From NCBI GenBank assembly GCA_027923505.1, contig BROI01000018.1, positions 310,001 to 374,000 on the forward strand: a stretch of DNA of 64,000 nt. Reading direction: 5' to 3'. The position numbers were made by a program, and so were the translations under genes. Numbering within the stretch: the stretch's first letter is position 1; the number at the start of each line of letters is the position of its first letter. The stretch is from Mayamaea pseudoterrestris (Eukaryota). Under the pieces are notes generated by a model. The model did not search any database and had not been told where the DNA came from. It saw only the letters and a program-made list of their open reading frames with translations. Positions 9,560 to 20,359 of this stretch are shown piece by piece.

Positions 9560-10719
9560 ATGACATCTTCAGCTCTTATTGATACGGAAAGCCTGATAGT
9601 TGAGCCTGGCAATCTCGAATATGGCGCCTCGTGTACTTCCTTCTATACATCGGCCGAGAAGCTGGACCATTACGAAAGCCTAGACGAGGTTTTGGCAAAG
9701 CATTGCAAGAACGAGAAGCTTCGAACTGTCATCAATGACATGCTCAATGTTTGTGCCGAAATAACGGACGCTCTTCGGACGACGTTGGTGACGGTCGAAG
9801 GCATTGACAATGCGTTTGGCGACAAGCAGCTTTCCGTCGATGTAAGTGCGCAGCTTCTGTCGTCAGTCATATCTAAATCTCCATCGTCTTGCTGCAAATT
9901 AAAAGTCTATGTTTTTTACGACGTTTCTTTCAGGTCATCGCCGACAACTTGATATGGGACGCGGTGAAACGCTCCAAGGTTTGCCGAGAAGGTGCATCCG
10001 AGGAGGATCCCGTTGTTCGCAATGTTGATGAAAGTGGTGAAGGCGAGTACACAGTTTGTTGGGACCCACTTGATGGTTCTTCGATTGTCGACAACAACTG
10101 GGCCGTTGGAACAATGATTGGCATTTGGCCCAAATCCACGGGTCTCATTGGAGCGACTGGTCGAGATCAAGTAACATCTCTTGTAGCTATTTACGGTCCT
10201 CGCACGACTGTATTGGTAGCTTTGGACGACGGCGCATATGAATTCACCTATGGATGCATGCCCGAGGTCAGTCGGCGTCCGGACGGAACCTGGGCCCAAT
10301 GGCTTTGCTCGAAGCACAAGGTGCAGATTCAGCCCGATTCCAAAATCTTTTCTCCCGCCAATCTACGATCCGCGCAAGACATTCCGGGATACAGAAAACT
10401 CATCGATCACTACATTGAAAATAGATACACTCTCCGTTATACGGGTGGTCTCGTGCCAGATGTCTACCAACAATTTACAAAGGGACAAGGAATTTTTGCC
10501 AATCCAACGACCACATCGAGTCCTGCAAAACTGCGGTTGGCCTTTGAAGCTGCCCCATTTGCTTTGCTCGTGGAAAAGGCTGGAGGAAAGTCGTCGGATG
10601 GGGTGATGGGCGGATCAATACTCGATGTGAAAATTACTTCGGTGGATCAGCGTACAGCGCTCTGCATTGGATCGGCTAACGAAGTGGACCTATTTAATGA
10701 CTACGTTCTTGGCTTATAG
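9560..10719 (+). CDS. SBP: Sedoheptulose-1,7-bisphosphatase; 2 exons (9560-9841, 9934-10719); no presequence
   Basis: NAFGDKQLSVD|VIAD across intron 9842-9933 (GTAAGT...CAG); ASEEDP, WDPLDGSSIVDNNWAVGT, YGPRTT, YTLRYTGGLVPDV, AKLRLAFEAAP are SBPase-type motifs. Confidence 0.88.
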
Positions 10720-10877
10720 GTTAAAGATGTTATAAATGGATGTTTTTTCTCGATTTGTCGAACGTAAAAGAGTGGTCGGCGTTCAGATAAGGAGGTGAGA
10801 TGGGCGAATGTGCAAATACAGTCGTACACTCACTAACACTGGATCAATTGCGACGGCCAAAAAATGCCAGAATCTAC

Positions 10878-12110
10878 CTAGTTTGAGCACCGGCCCCAAT
10901 TAAGAAAATCCTGAAGCCGCCGCTTCTTGGTGGCGTGGTCCGTCTCGTCGTCTATCCATCCACGCTTGCGACATTCTTGCTCCGCGTGCACCAATGGATG
11001 CGGCTTTCGTCTTGGTGAACCTTCACTCAGCAACTGGCGGATACGGCCTTTTGCCATGATTTTGGCGTGTCGGATGCATCGGTCGGCGGAAAGGCCACGC
11101 CCGCATCCCTCTTCAAGGCGATAGTTTTGCGGTCCCTTCAATTTGTACCACATTTGCGAGCAAGCGCCTTCCCGCCGATCAAGAAGCGCAAATCGCAAGA
11201 TGCTATTCCAGCTCTTCTTGAACTTGCAGTTGCCATTAATGAGGAAGCCCATTAAATCCATTTCATCAGCCGTCCACTCTTTAAACAATGGTCTGCGGAG
11301 GGACCACTCGTCACCATCAATTAGTCGCCACTCATTTTCACCCTCATACCAGTAATACCAATAATCTGCAAGAGTAAGGCATCTCGTTGCGTCGTCTCGG
11401 CTCAGCCAATCAGCTTCAAGCTTGTCGCCAAACGTAAGCGGCGCCGCTACAATCTTTGGATACGATTCGATGCTAGACGCATCGACATCAGGCATGAGCC
11501 CAATGAGAGTAATTGAGAAGGTCGCCGATCTCCCTTCAAAAGATCCCTTTTGTCCAGTTTGCAAATCAAAGGTTTTCAAGAACTGCTGGTGCTTGTCTCC
11601 AATGTGCTTCTTCCGCTCCTCGAACATTTCAAGTATGCGCACCTGAGGGCAATCCTGCCATCCGTATTGAAACTCTTCATTATTCCAGAATAGATTCCAA
11701 AGGTGACTGTAGTAATCGTCATGCGTCAGATGCTTGTTGTGGAACTCCTTGAAGATCAAAGCGACAAGGGTAAACAAAGAGTGTTTCTCGCGAATCAAGT
11801 CGACGTGAAACTCGCAGTCGGCATGTTTATGCGTTCGAACCTGAGAAACTAGAAAGCGACAGTGGGTCATTGGCGCGTTCTCCGTACTAGACGTAGGAGG
11901 AGAAGAGGCTGCGTTGGTTGCCATGGTGGTGGGGCTGCTCGCGAATCTATCTGTACGTCTGCGTGAAAGTGTGATGAGAGGGATCGCTGCGGATGCGATG
12001 TGCGAGACGGCATTGGATTTGCTGGCATGCGCGCGCGTTTGAACTGTCCGTTGTGAGAACCGGAACGACGTCGTGCTGGCGTTTCGGCGAGCAGCGACGA
12101 CCATCATCAC
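10878..12110 (-). CDS. Hypothetical protein with a possible C-terminal Myb/SANT-like repeat
   Basis: 410-codon ORF; WTADEMDLM...SWNSI...LLDRREGACSQMWYKLK resembles Myb Trp spacing; basic KKRR near the C-terminus; true start may be an internal ATG (e.g. 11924). Confidence 0.6.
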   Translation of the reverse strand: MMMVVAARRNASTTSFRFSQRTVQTRAHASKSNAVSHIASAAIPLITLSRRRTDRFASSPTTMATNAASSPPTSSTENAPMTHCRFLVSQVRTHKHADCEFHVDLIREKHSLFTLVALIFKEFHNKHLTHDDYYSHLWNLFWNNEEFQYGWQDCPQVRILEMFEERKKHIGDKHQQFLKTFDLQTGQKGSFEGRSATFSITLIGLMPDVDASSIESYPKIVAAPLTFGDKLEADWLSRDDATRCLTLADYWYYWYEGENEWRLIDGDEWSLRRPLFKEWTADEMDLMGFLINGNCKFKKSWNSILRFALLDRREGACSQMWYKLKGPQNYRLEEGCGRGLSADRCIRHAKIMAKGRIRQLLSEGSPRRKPHPLVHAEQECRKRGWIDDETDHATKKRRLQDFLNWGRCSN

Positions 12111-12215
12111 TCCATGACTTCGCTCCTACCGTAGTTGTACTACCAGCCTGTCAATTCTTCAAAAAGTCACTGGCTAAACTTCTTTTTCGTCCGGTCGATC
12201 TAACTGAAAAGAGAT

Positions 12216-12947
12216 ATGAAATCGTTTACCGCAAGCATCGTCGTCCTCGCAATCTCCCAGAGCTTCATAGCGTCAATACTAGTGGAAGCAGGAGGTACGA
12301 CAACAAAATCATCGGGTGCGAACAAGTCTTCAGTGTCCTTGAGCATGGAAGACTTTAACAAAAAGACCAACAACAAGTCAGTCTTTATCAAATTCTTTGC
12401 TCCGTGGTGCGGTCACTGCCAAAATCTTGCACCCATTTGGGAACAGCTTGCAGCCGAATGGGTTGATCACAAGCAAGGTTTGGTGGCAGAAGTCGACTGC
12501 ACAACGAGCGCCAACGTCGAAAAGTGGTGTAGCAAGCACTTTAATATTCAAGGCTTTCCAACGTTAATGTATGGCGATGCTTCCCATGGAGGTATTTTGC
12601 TGCAGGAGTATAATGGCGACAAGACGTATGCAGCGCTGTCGGCATTTGCGAATGAAACCATTTCCAAGCCAACATGTAGCCCTGCTAATATAGACGCGTG
12701 TGACAAGCAAATCAAGCAGCGACTCCAATCATATTTAAAGCTATCTCCTGATAAGATGGAAAAGGAGGAGCTAAACTTAAAGAAGCAAATTGATGACGCG
12801 AACAAGAACTTCAACAATGAATTCGACCGAATGCAAGCCATATATGACAAGACGAAGCAGGAGCATGAACTATTTTCAGCCAAACAAAGGAGGTTGCTTA
12901 AGGAAATGAAGTCCGTTTTGAAGTTTAAGCAAAAAGCTAGAGAGTAA
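12216..12947 (+). CDS. Secretory-pathway thioredoxin/PDI-like protein with C-terminal coiled coil
   Basis: Signal peptide; FIKFFAPWCGHCQNLAPIW, AEVDCT, IQGFPTLMY; K/E-rich helical tail. Confidence 0.88.
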   Translation: MKSFTASIVVLAISQSFIASILVEAGGTTTKSSGANKSSVSLSMEDFNKKTNNKSVFIKFFAPWCGHCQNLAPIWEQLAAEWVDHKQGLVAEVDCTTSANVEKWCSKHFNIQGFPTLMYGDASHGGILLQEYNGDKTYAALSAFANETISKPTCSPANIDACDKQIKQRLQSYLKLSPDKMEKEELNLKKQIDDANKNFNNEFDRMQAIYDKTKQEHELFSAKQRRLLKEMKSVLKFKQKARE

Positions 12948-13007
12948 TTAGAATGCATTTCAATTACTTTAAATATGACTAAAGATAAATAGGTAGCGAG
13001 CAACCCT

Positions 13008-14840
13008 TTACTCCGCATGTGGAAATGGAAAGCTTGTTCCTGATCCTCCATCGCCCGGAGCACCATTCATACTCCTTGATGATCGCACCATGTCTCGTTC
13101 CCTTCGACCGCGAAAGATGAATCGAATGGGCGTTGCAGCAAAACCGTCGAGACTTTCCCGAAATTTGCGATCCAAATATCTCTTGTAATTGTCACTGACA
13201 AGCTTGGGATCATTAACAAAGACAATCACCGTTGGAGGCCTTGTACTAACTTGGTTGCAGTAGTAAATCTTTGCCTGAGCACCGCTTCTTCGAGCTGGAG
13301 GAGGTTGCCAAAGGACGGCATCACGAAGAACTTCATTCAACACGGAAGTGCTGATGCGCTTCCGATGAGCCTTGACTGCCTCGTCAACGGCGCTGTACAG
13401 CTTACCGACGCGCTGGCCTGTCGCGGCGGATATAAAGAGAATGGGTGACCATCGCACTTGTGGTAGCTCGTCGCGAATAAACTTGACCGACTTGTCCAGT
13501 GTGGTCGAGTCCTTGTCGACGACAGCATCCCACTTGTTGCAGACAATGACGCATGCGCGACCATCATCCCCAATCTTTTGGGCTAGAATACGGTCTTGCT
13601 CCGTCACTCCAGCTGTCGCGTCAAGGACGAGAAGGACAACGTCGGCGCGGCGAATGGCTCGGAGGGCACGATTCACCATGAAGAATTCTGGGCCAAAGTC
13701 AACCTTTCCCTTGCGTCGAATACCAGCAGTATCGACGAAGCGATAGATGGTTGATGGTGCATCTCTTCCGGGAGGTGAAGGTCGCTCCATCAATGCGTCA
13801 ATCGAGTCTCTGGTTGTGCCAGCAACGTCAGACACAATGGCGCGCGCTCCTCCAAACAGACTGTTCAGCAGCGATGACTTTCCAACGTTGGGTCGTCCAA
13901 TAATGGCGACATTAATTTCCTCGGGACGATCCTCGGCGTCAAAAGCGGCCTTTGCATTTTCGTAGTCTTCCATGACTCGCTGCGCCGGGTCACCAATTCC
14001 ATATTTTCGCATCTTGTAGTCAGTCTCGTCCTCCCATGGAAGTGGTCCCTTGTGTTTCATATTCTTCTTGGCTTCATGTAGCTTGATAGCCTTTGTTCCA
14101 AAGTCACCAAATGAAGTTCCGCGTTCATTAATTTGTTCAAAGATGGTCTCTAAAAGCTCCGCCGTCCCAACTCCGTGAAGCGCCGACACGGCGAACGGTT
14201 CGCCAAGCCCAAGGCTCCAGAAATCGGCGGCAGACATGCCACCAGTCTTTTCACTCTCGCATTTATTGACAGCCACCAAGACGGGAATGTCTCGTAGCAC
14301 TTCTTTTCGTAAAAAGTCTGCAATCTGCGAGTCAAGTGCGGTTAATCCAGTTTGTCCATCAACTACCATGATAACGGCGGCGGCTTCGTCAATGGCAATC
14401 ATCGCCTGTTCTCGAATCTCCTTGGCAAAGAGAGTATTTTCATCTTCGTCAAACACCAGACCTCCAGTATCAACTATCTGAAAGCCTTCTCCGAGAAACT
14501 CGGCAGGCCGATAGGTTCGATCGCGTGTAATGCCAGACTCGTCGGCCACAATGGCGCCGCCCGATTGGGTTCCGGCAATGCGATTAACAAGTGCACTCTT
14601 GCCGACATTGGGACGACCGAGAATGGCAATCAAAGGCTCCTTCTTGGCTTTGCGTAACCGACGGATTGGCTGAAGCGGTTCCTGCTCGAGTGATGGTGTA
14701 TCATCATTGTTGGACGTTGCCAGCGCGTAGGAGAGGTGCGTTTCAAAGGAGGCAAGGGCAGTTCTGCTGGGTTTATAAATCAAAAATGAATTTACTGGAG
14801 CGCATGACCAAGCCAACAATAGGCATAACGACAATCGCAT
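13008..14840 (-). CDS. der: Ribosome biogenesis GTPase Der/EngA, plastid-targeted
   Basis: Two tandem G domains (GRPNVGKS x2, DTGG/DTAG, NKCE/NKWD) plus KH-like C-terminus (PPTVIVFVND...YKRYL); presequence MRLSLCLLLAWSCAPVNS|F starting at 14840. Confidence 0.95.
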   Translation of the reverse strand: MRLSLCLLLAWSCAPVNSFLIYKPSRTALASFETHLSYALATSNNDDTPSLEQEPLQPIRRLRKAKKEPLIAILGRPNVGKSALVNRIAGTQSGGAIVADESGITRDRTYRPAEFLGEGFQIVDTGGLVFDEDENTLFAKEIREQAMIAIDEAAAVIMVVDGQTGLTALDSQIADFLRKEVLRDIPVLVAVNKCESEKTGGMSAADFWSLGLGEPFAVSALHGVGTAELLETIFEQINERGTSFGDFGTKAIKLHEAKKNMKHKGPLPWEDETDYKMRKYGIGDPAQRVMEDYENAKAAFDAEDRPEEINVAIIGRPNVGKSSLLNSLFGGARAIVSDVAGTTRDSIDALMERPSPPGRDAPSTIYRFVDTAGIRRKGKVDFGPEFFMVNRALRAIRRADVVLLVLDATAGVTEQDRILAQKIGDDGRACVIVCNKWDAVVDKDSTTLDKSVKFIRDELPQVRWSPILFISAATGQRVGKLYSAVDEAVKAHRKRISTSVLNEVLRDAVLWQPPPARRSGAQAKIYYCNQVSTRPPTVIVFVNDPKLVSDNYKRYLDRKFRESLDGFAATPIRFIFRGRRERDMVRSSRSMNGAPGDGGSGTSFPFPHAE

Positions 14841-15053
14841 GTTTAGTGAAACCTCTATCAAGAAGTGACTTGGTCGCCTTTTGCTTGGCGAAAGTGTGAT
14901 GGCTCGATTGACAGATTGTTCTTCGCGCAGATGCTGGCAAAGCCAATCAATCCCGGGTGAGTGACGGACGGATGGCGGCACAAACGTCGTAGCGGTTTTG
15001 GCAGAAATTCTGTCGCAGATCGCGTCGAACAAAGCGAGATCGACCATGAAACC

Positions 15054-16526
15054 ATGAGAGGCATCCGTCGCTCCCGAAAATTAACTTGTTTGATCTTTAT
15101 ACAGTTTCTAATAGTCAGTGATGCATTTGTGGTAACGAAGGTTCGCCGAAATGTTGAGATAAGTCAATTCCAATTCAAAAATCGAAACGAGCACGTTCCG
15201 ACAAGGTCGTCATTGTCCTTTGGCATGACGAGTATCATCAACCCAGGCAACGGGAAAGCATCACTATCTCTGCTAGTTTCTACGTTTGTTGGAGTCCAAA
15301 TGGATAGAAAGATACCAGGCTCGGGCATTGTTTCGACGCTTTGTGCAGCAACGCTCGTATCGGGATTGAAATGGGCGCCATCGGCTCATGCGCTCTACGA
15401 GGCCAGCTGGTCAACCTTTCTACCAGCTTCTCTTGTATTTCTACTCTTGTCGCTGTCCAACAAGAGTTTGGAAGGAAAATTGGCGCCAAAATCATCGACT
15501 CGAGCTAGCATTAAACGTCTTGGTGTTCCATTTGCCATTGCATGCCTCGGATCAGTCATTGGATGCACTTGTTCCTTCCTTGCATTTTCCAAAATTCCAA
15601 CGTTGGCACTCCAAATGCCTTCTCATGACGCCCTATTGGCGGCAAGCTGCTTGACAGCGTCATTTATTGGCGGATCCGTCAACTTTTTGGCCACTGCTTC
15701 TGCTCTTCAGTCGGTGCGCTCGACGAATAGTCTAGCGACAAATACCTTGTTGAGCAGCATGGCTACTGCTGATGTCTTGGTCATGGCAATGTATCTGACT
15801 GGTCTCACAGCCTGTATCAAATCGCAATGGCTTGCGAAATGGTTTGCAGGAAACGAAAGCTTGCCTGTGACATTGGCGCCCAATGAAGCGACGGAATTGA
15901 CAACAGTGGAAGCTAGCACCGAGATAATAGTACCATCACGAAAAGCCACTCTTGGTCCATTTGGTACTGCCGCCACATCAATAATGGTAGCGTCTGGGAT
16001 TGTTACACTTGCCAATCGAGCAGAGCCAGTGCTCTCAAGCTTTCTTCCAGGAACGGGTTGCGCAATCATTACTCTCTCGACGCCGCTGGTGCAACGCCTG
16101 CTACTATCAACGCTCATGGACGCTTCCATGTTGCAAAAGGTAACGGGCCGCCTCTTTGAGTATTCGTTTCTGCTACTGTTCGCGTCAATGGGAATGTCAA
16201 CCGATGTGGTCGCAGTCCTGCGCAACGCGCCCGTCTGCCTTGGTTTCTCGTGTCTGGCTCTGTTGATCCACAGTCTCATTACTTTGCTTGGGAACAAGAT
16301 TTACCATCAATGTGTCGATTCATCAGTGACGTTGATGGATACATTGGTTGCATCCAACGCAGCAATAGGAGGAGCTGCCACTGCGGCAGCCTTTGCCGGG
16401 CAAGGGCCGAATGAGCAGCGAAAAGAGTTGATAGTCGCTGGAACAGTCTGGGGTGTGGCAGGATACGCTATTGGTACTACCGCCGGCCTTACAACTTATC
16501 ATCTACTAAAACGACTGGTACTATAG
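15054..16526 (+). CDS. Multi-pass membrane protein, DUF819-like, probably plastid-targeted
   Basis: ASFIGGSVNF and ASNAAIGGAATAAAFA...GVAGYAIGT motifs typical of DUF819; VSDA|F presequence after ATG 15054. Confidence 0.72.
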   Translation: MRGIRRSRKLTCLIFIQFLIVSDAFVVTKVRRNVEISQFQFKNRNEHVPTRSSLSFGMTSIINPGNGKASLSLLVSTFVGVQMDRKIPGSGIVSTLCAATLVSGLKWAPSAHALYEASWSTFLPASLVFLLLSLSNKSLEGKLAPKSSTRASIKRLGVPFAIACLGSVIGCTCSFLAFSKIPTLALQMPSHDALLAASCLTASFIGGSVNFLATASALQSVRSTNSLATNTLLSSMATADVLVMAMYLTGLTACIKSQWLAKWFAGNESLPVTLAPNEATELTTVEASTEIIVPSRKATLGPFGTAATSIMVASGIVTLANRAEPVLSSFLPGTGCAIITLSTPLVQRLLLSTLMDASMLQKVTGRLFEYSFLLLFASMGMSTDVVAVLRNAPVCLGFSCLALLIHSLITLLGNKIYHQCVDSSVTLMDTLVASNAAIGGAATAAAFAGQGPNEQRKELIVAGTVWGVAGYAIGTTAGLTTYHLLKRLVL

Positions 16527-16610
16527 AGTAAGGAATAAGTTGTTTTAGTAGTCGCGCGGTATTAGCGTGCGTCGAAAACAGAACATACTAACAGCAGCTG
16601 CAATATTCAT

Positions 16611-17472
16611 TTACGCATCAGCGTCATCCGCAATCGCATTCAAGTGTGATTCAATGTCATCCTCGCTCAGAGTTCTAAACTGACCAGTCTTGCCAACCAC
16701 TTCGCCAACCTCAATCTCACTGCCTCGAAAGTCACTACCCAAAACATGTCCCAAGCAAGTAATTGCCGTTCGCACTACTTGATTGTGATCCATATCCTTC
16801 AAAGCGTCTGCTCGCTTTTCCAAAAAGTTCATGGCTTCCTGCTCCTTTGGACCAGCCGCCGTGGCAAAGAATGGAAGGTAATGTCCAGCGCAATCCACCT
16901 TGTAAATGACTGGACCAGCCTCGTCATCCACACCCAAAAATGTTGCAACCACAGCCAATGGACGCATACTCGCCGTCTGCGTGTTTACTTGCGCTAGATC
17001 CGCCATGCGCTTGGCCAAGACGGACGCCGGACAAGAGTAGCCATTGTCAAAAGTCCACTTTCCAGCCTCGTATCGAGCGCGCGTGACAAACGACTTGCAG
17101 TCCGCCATGGTTCCAGTGACGCAGCAGCCGAGCTTTGGGTTAATGTTGAATAAGTGTGTGACAGAACTGGGTTCCATGAGGCGGTCGGGGACCTTCTTTT
17201 GCGTCACAACACAGGAAGAGTCCTTGCCTCGGACGGCAACGACAGTCAGACCAGATTGAGCAGCCTTGAAGCAATACTCCATTTGGTATAGCCGACCTTG
17301 CGGTGAAAAGATGGAAATGTGATGATCATAGTTGCTGCAAGAGGTTCATGAAGATTACAGAATATAATGAGATGAGAAATGATCACAGGAGAGAAGTAAC
17401 GTTCGAAAACGAGGGCGCCTTTGACGAGTAGATTTCGAAGCCCTTCATTGTAACTTACGAATCCCGACTCAT
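16611..17472 (-). CDS. PSMA6: 20S proteasome subunit alpha type 6 (alpha1); 2 exons (17472-17459, 17334-16611)
   Basis: Spliced N-terminus MSRDSNYDHHISIFSPQGRLYQMEY; VTQKKVPDRL, KEQEAMNFLEK; intron 17335-17458 (GTAAGT...CAG). Confidence 0.93.
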
Positions 17473-17917
17473 GTTTGCTAAGTTTTAATACAAATTTGGC
17501 TTGAGGAGCAATCCGACTTTCAAGGCAGCAAAGATGAAGACGCTAGGAACGGCGCAAAAATCTCATTGTGATGGTCGTCGCGCGATGCGATAAGTCGAGG
17601 AAAGATCGGGGCTGTTCACTTAGCAATAGGAGTACCGATAGGATGATCAGCTATGGACGGTCGCGCTTAGCTTGTACCGTATGTGCTTACTGTTAACTTT
17701 GGCAATTTCTATCCTTTGCATTTTAATCTCCGTGGCTAGAAGTGATTGTAAGCAGTTTAGTTGAGCTTGTCCATAATGTCATTGAATTATAAGAGATTAG
17801 TTATTTAACGTCTGCCTTCCGAATAAATGATGACAGTCGTACGTGGCAAAGAAGTCTCTTGCAACCGTCTCGATCTCCATTCGCCAATAGCAACAAATAA
17901 ACTGTGCCATGTTGACT

Positions 17918-18448
17918 TTAGGTTGACGTTCCGTACGTGTGCATATTCTCCGACGCAAGGTGATACTCTCCATCCACATCCTTTTCCATCATTGGCTCAG
18001 CCTTGTGCTGGCCGTCGTACCAAATGCCAGCAATTGAAAGGCAAAACGTGATAAGAAACATGAACATGGCTCCAAATGCGCTACTGCGGTTCTCTGAGGG
18101 ATCATCGAGACCTGCAATGAAGAACGGTTGCGTGTGAATCATGATTCCAACCCACAGCTGCGTCGATGGATAAGGAAGATTCAATTGAGGTGTGAGAAAG
18201 GATCGAACAAAGTGGCACCACCATACAGGGTTCCAGAAACATCGATTCGAGAGTATTGCCGAGTCGTTAATTGATAGCGGTAGACAATTGCAGTCCGTCG
18301 CAATTGGATGCAGTCAGTGCTTCGCCATCCGACCAGCGACTTTCCAACCGAGCCATGCCATCTTGGCCGACGAACTTACGGTGAAAATGAACCCTGTGGC
18401 TGAGTAGAATGCACAGCATCGCGATCCTGATCCTAGATCTGAGCACAT
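17918..18448 (-). CDS. Small two-TM membrane protein (~102 aa), possibly RNASEK/V-ATPase subunit f-like; 2 exons (18448-18380, 18157-17918)
   Basis: MCSDLGSGSRCCAFYSATGFIFT|LWVGIMIHTQPFFI...AFGAMFMFLITFCLSIAGIW; in-frame GTAAGT...CAG intron 18158-18379. Family inferred from size and architecture only. Confidence 0.6.
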
Positions 18449-18950
18449 GATGGAGTATAGAGAACTTTGTGAGGAAGCAACAAGACGATGAAGAGCGACG
18501 ACCGGTCGACTTCCAAGCACTCCCATTGTGCGATGCATGTCGACGGTCCAGCGAGGGAAGAGGTTTTCTACTTAGGGACAAAAGATACCTTGCAGACAAG
18601 ACCAAGGCATTATTAGGTGGTTGAGCTCTGATCAGCTAAGGTGCGCCAGTCAATGAGAAACAGGCAACACACATCATCTACTTGCTCGGACGAGATAGCA
18701 GCCCTTTTCTTATATTATTACAAAAACAACTACCGGTAGGTAAATACTGAACTAGTACCGTAGTCGTCTAGATGCGTTTCGCTCTGACCGGTGGAAGAAA
18801 TTACGCGTGTGAAAAAGAATTTGAAACACACTTTCCCGCCGCAAAGAACATGCTTTATTTTGGAGAGATTGGCTCGGCAACACTTTCAACACTGTTCGAA
18901 CCCGATTTGCAGCGTTTATCCTAAAAGGATTCTTCATGCACTCTTCTTTC

Positions 18951-20359
18951 ATGCCTGCCAAACAGTCAATCAAGAAGTCAGCGCCTACTGAAGGCAAGGA
19001 GCAATGCCATAATTCGCACGAGCCTCCTCGCGAGGAACAAGTGGAGCTGACAGAGACGGACGTTGTCTTCGTAAGTGGCATGCATCGATAATGATGTGCT
19101 GGAGTGTCGCGGCAACGATTTATATCCTGATCTCTTCTCGCTATCGTTACATGTGCTACGCAGGGACGCGGCCTCAAGATTCATCGTTCCAACGGTACGG
19201 TTATCCATTCCACGATAGGCTGACCAATCTGAGCAAAAACTGACGCTTTTTGATCGCTTGCTCTACAGCCAAATATTACTTTTTTATCTGTAACTTCAAA
19301 GCGGTGTATCGTTTGATAAAAGAGAAGAGTTCAGTGGTAGAAAAGGTGATACAAGCGGTCGGTATGCAAGATCCTCCAGGACGATTTCTTATACCTCATT
19401 TTGACCGAGAACCTCCTACCAAGCAAGGCCGTCGAGTAAATTTTAGGTACTACATCACGCCTCCCTCGCGCGTGCGCATAAAGGTTGGTCAAACACTCCG
19501 TGAGCGAAACACAACTTTCCCGACGTTGTCGCCAGCCGATGTGGATCGTTTAATTGGTATTTTGTCGACCTTGATGTCAAAAGAGTCCATTGTGCTAAGT
19601 AAACTGCAGTTGGAACGCAGTCTTGCCGACGCAGATGCAGAAATGGCTGATAGATTTCAATCCGATGGCAAACTTCTCACGGGAAACAAAGCGGGAGACA
19701 AGCAATCGGTTCGATCCTCCCGTAATAGACTACAACTCAAGGCGATTGCAAGCCCTAACATCAACCAGCATGAATTACACGATATAGTCCTTGAGATGAT
19801 GGTGTCTGCTTTGGATATAGACTGGATTGGGCATCAGACCCATTCATTTACCGAACGAGATGGGAAACATCCCTTGGGCGAACGGGCTTCTGTTAGCATG
19901 TATGCCGAGTCTTTAAGCCCGCCAAGTCAGCTCGAGCAATGGCAATCCAACGATTTGTCGCTTCTTGACCGATGTTCATTGTTCCAAACTTTTAAGGACG
20001 ATGTGTTGCTCGATACATATGATGATGCACTCGAGACGGCAACGACAATTGATACATTCGGCGGACCGCCGATCCACATTTCCTCCTGCAACAACACCTT
20101 GTTTGGACACACAGACGGCGCGTTTGGCTCTTTGGCTCATCTTCAGAACTGCGCGTACTCGACAAACACTGTGCTCATTCCTGCTGTTACCCAAGATATT
20201 GGCAGCGTTCCAATGGATAGCGAGTCTCATTACAACTCGCAAGAGGTGTGGACAATATGTCAGCGCGACAGTCGAAATGAGATAGCCTCGCATCAAGAGC
20301 ATCTAGAAGCACCACTCTGTATTCAAAATCCAGAGCTAAACCTCACTTCGCTTTATTAA
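18951..20359 (+). CDS. DUF6824-domain protein (diatom-expanded family); 3 exons (18951-19070, 19164-19194, 19269-20359)
   Basis: Splicing of introns 19071-19163 and 19195-19268 gives DVVF|GRGLKIHRSN|AKYY...VIQAV...PPGRFL...RIKVGQTLRE. Confidence 0.7.

Noticed and set aside
12216..12947. Selenoprotein-type thioredoxin
   Set aside because: The active site is encoded TGG TGC GGT CAC TGC (WCGHC) with no in-frame TGA.
14841..15053. Apparent overlap of the Der ORF (to 15047) and the DUF819-like ORF (from 14961)
   Set aside because: Signal-peptide-bearing starts at 14840 and 15054 remove the overlap and leave an ordinary ~210-bp divergent promoter.
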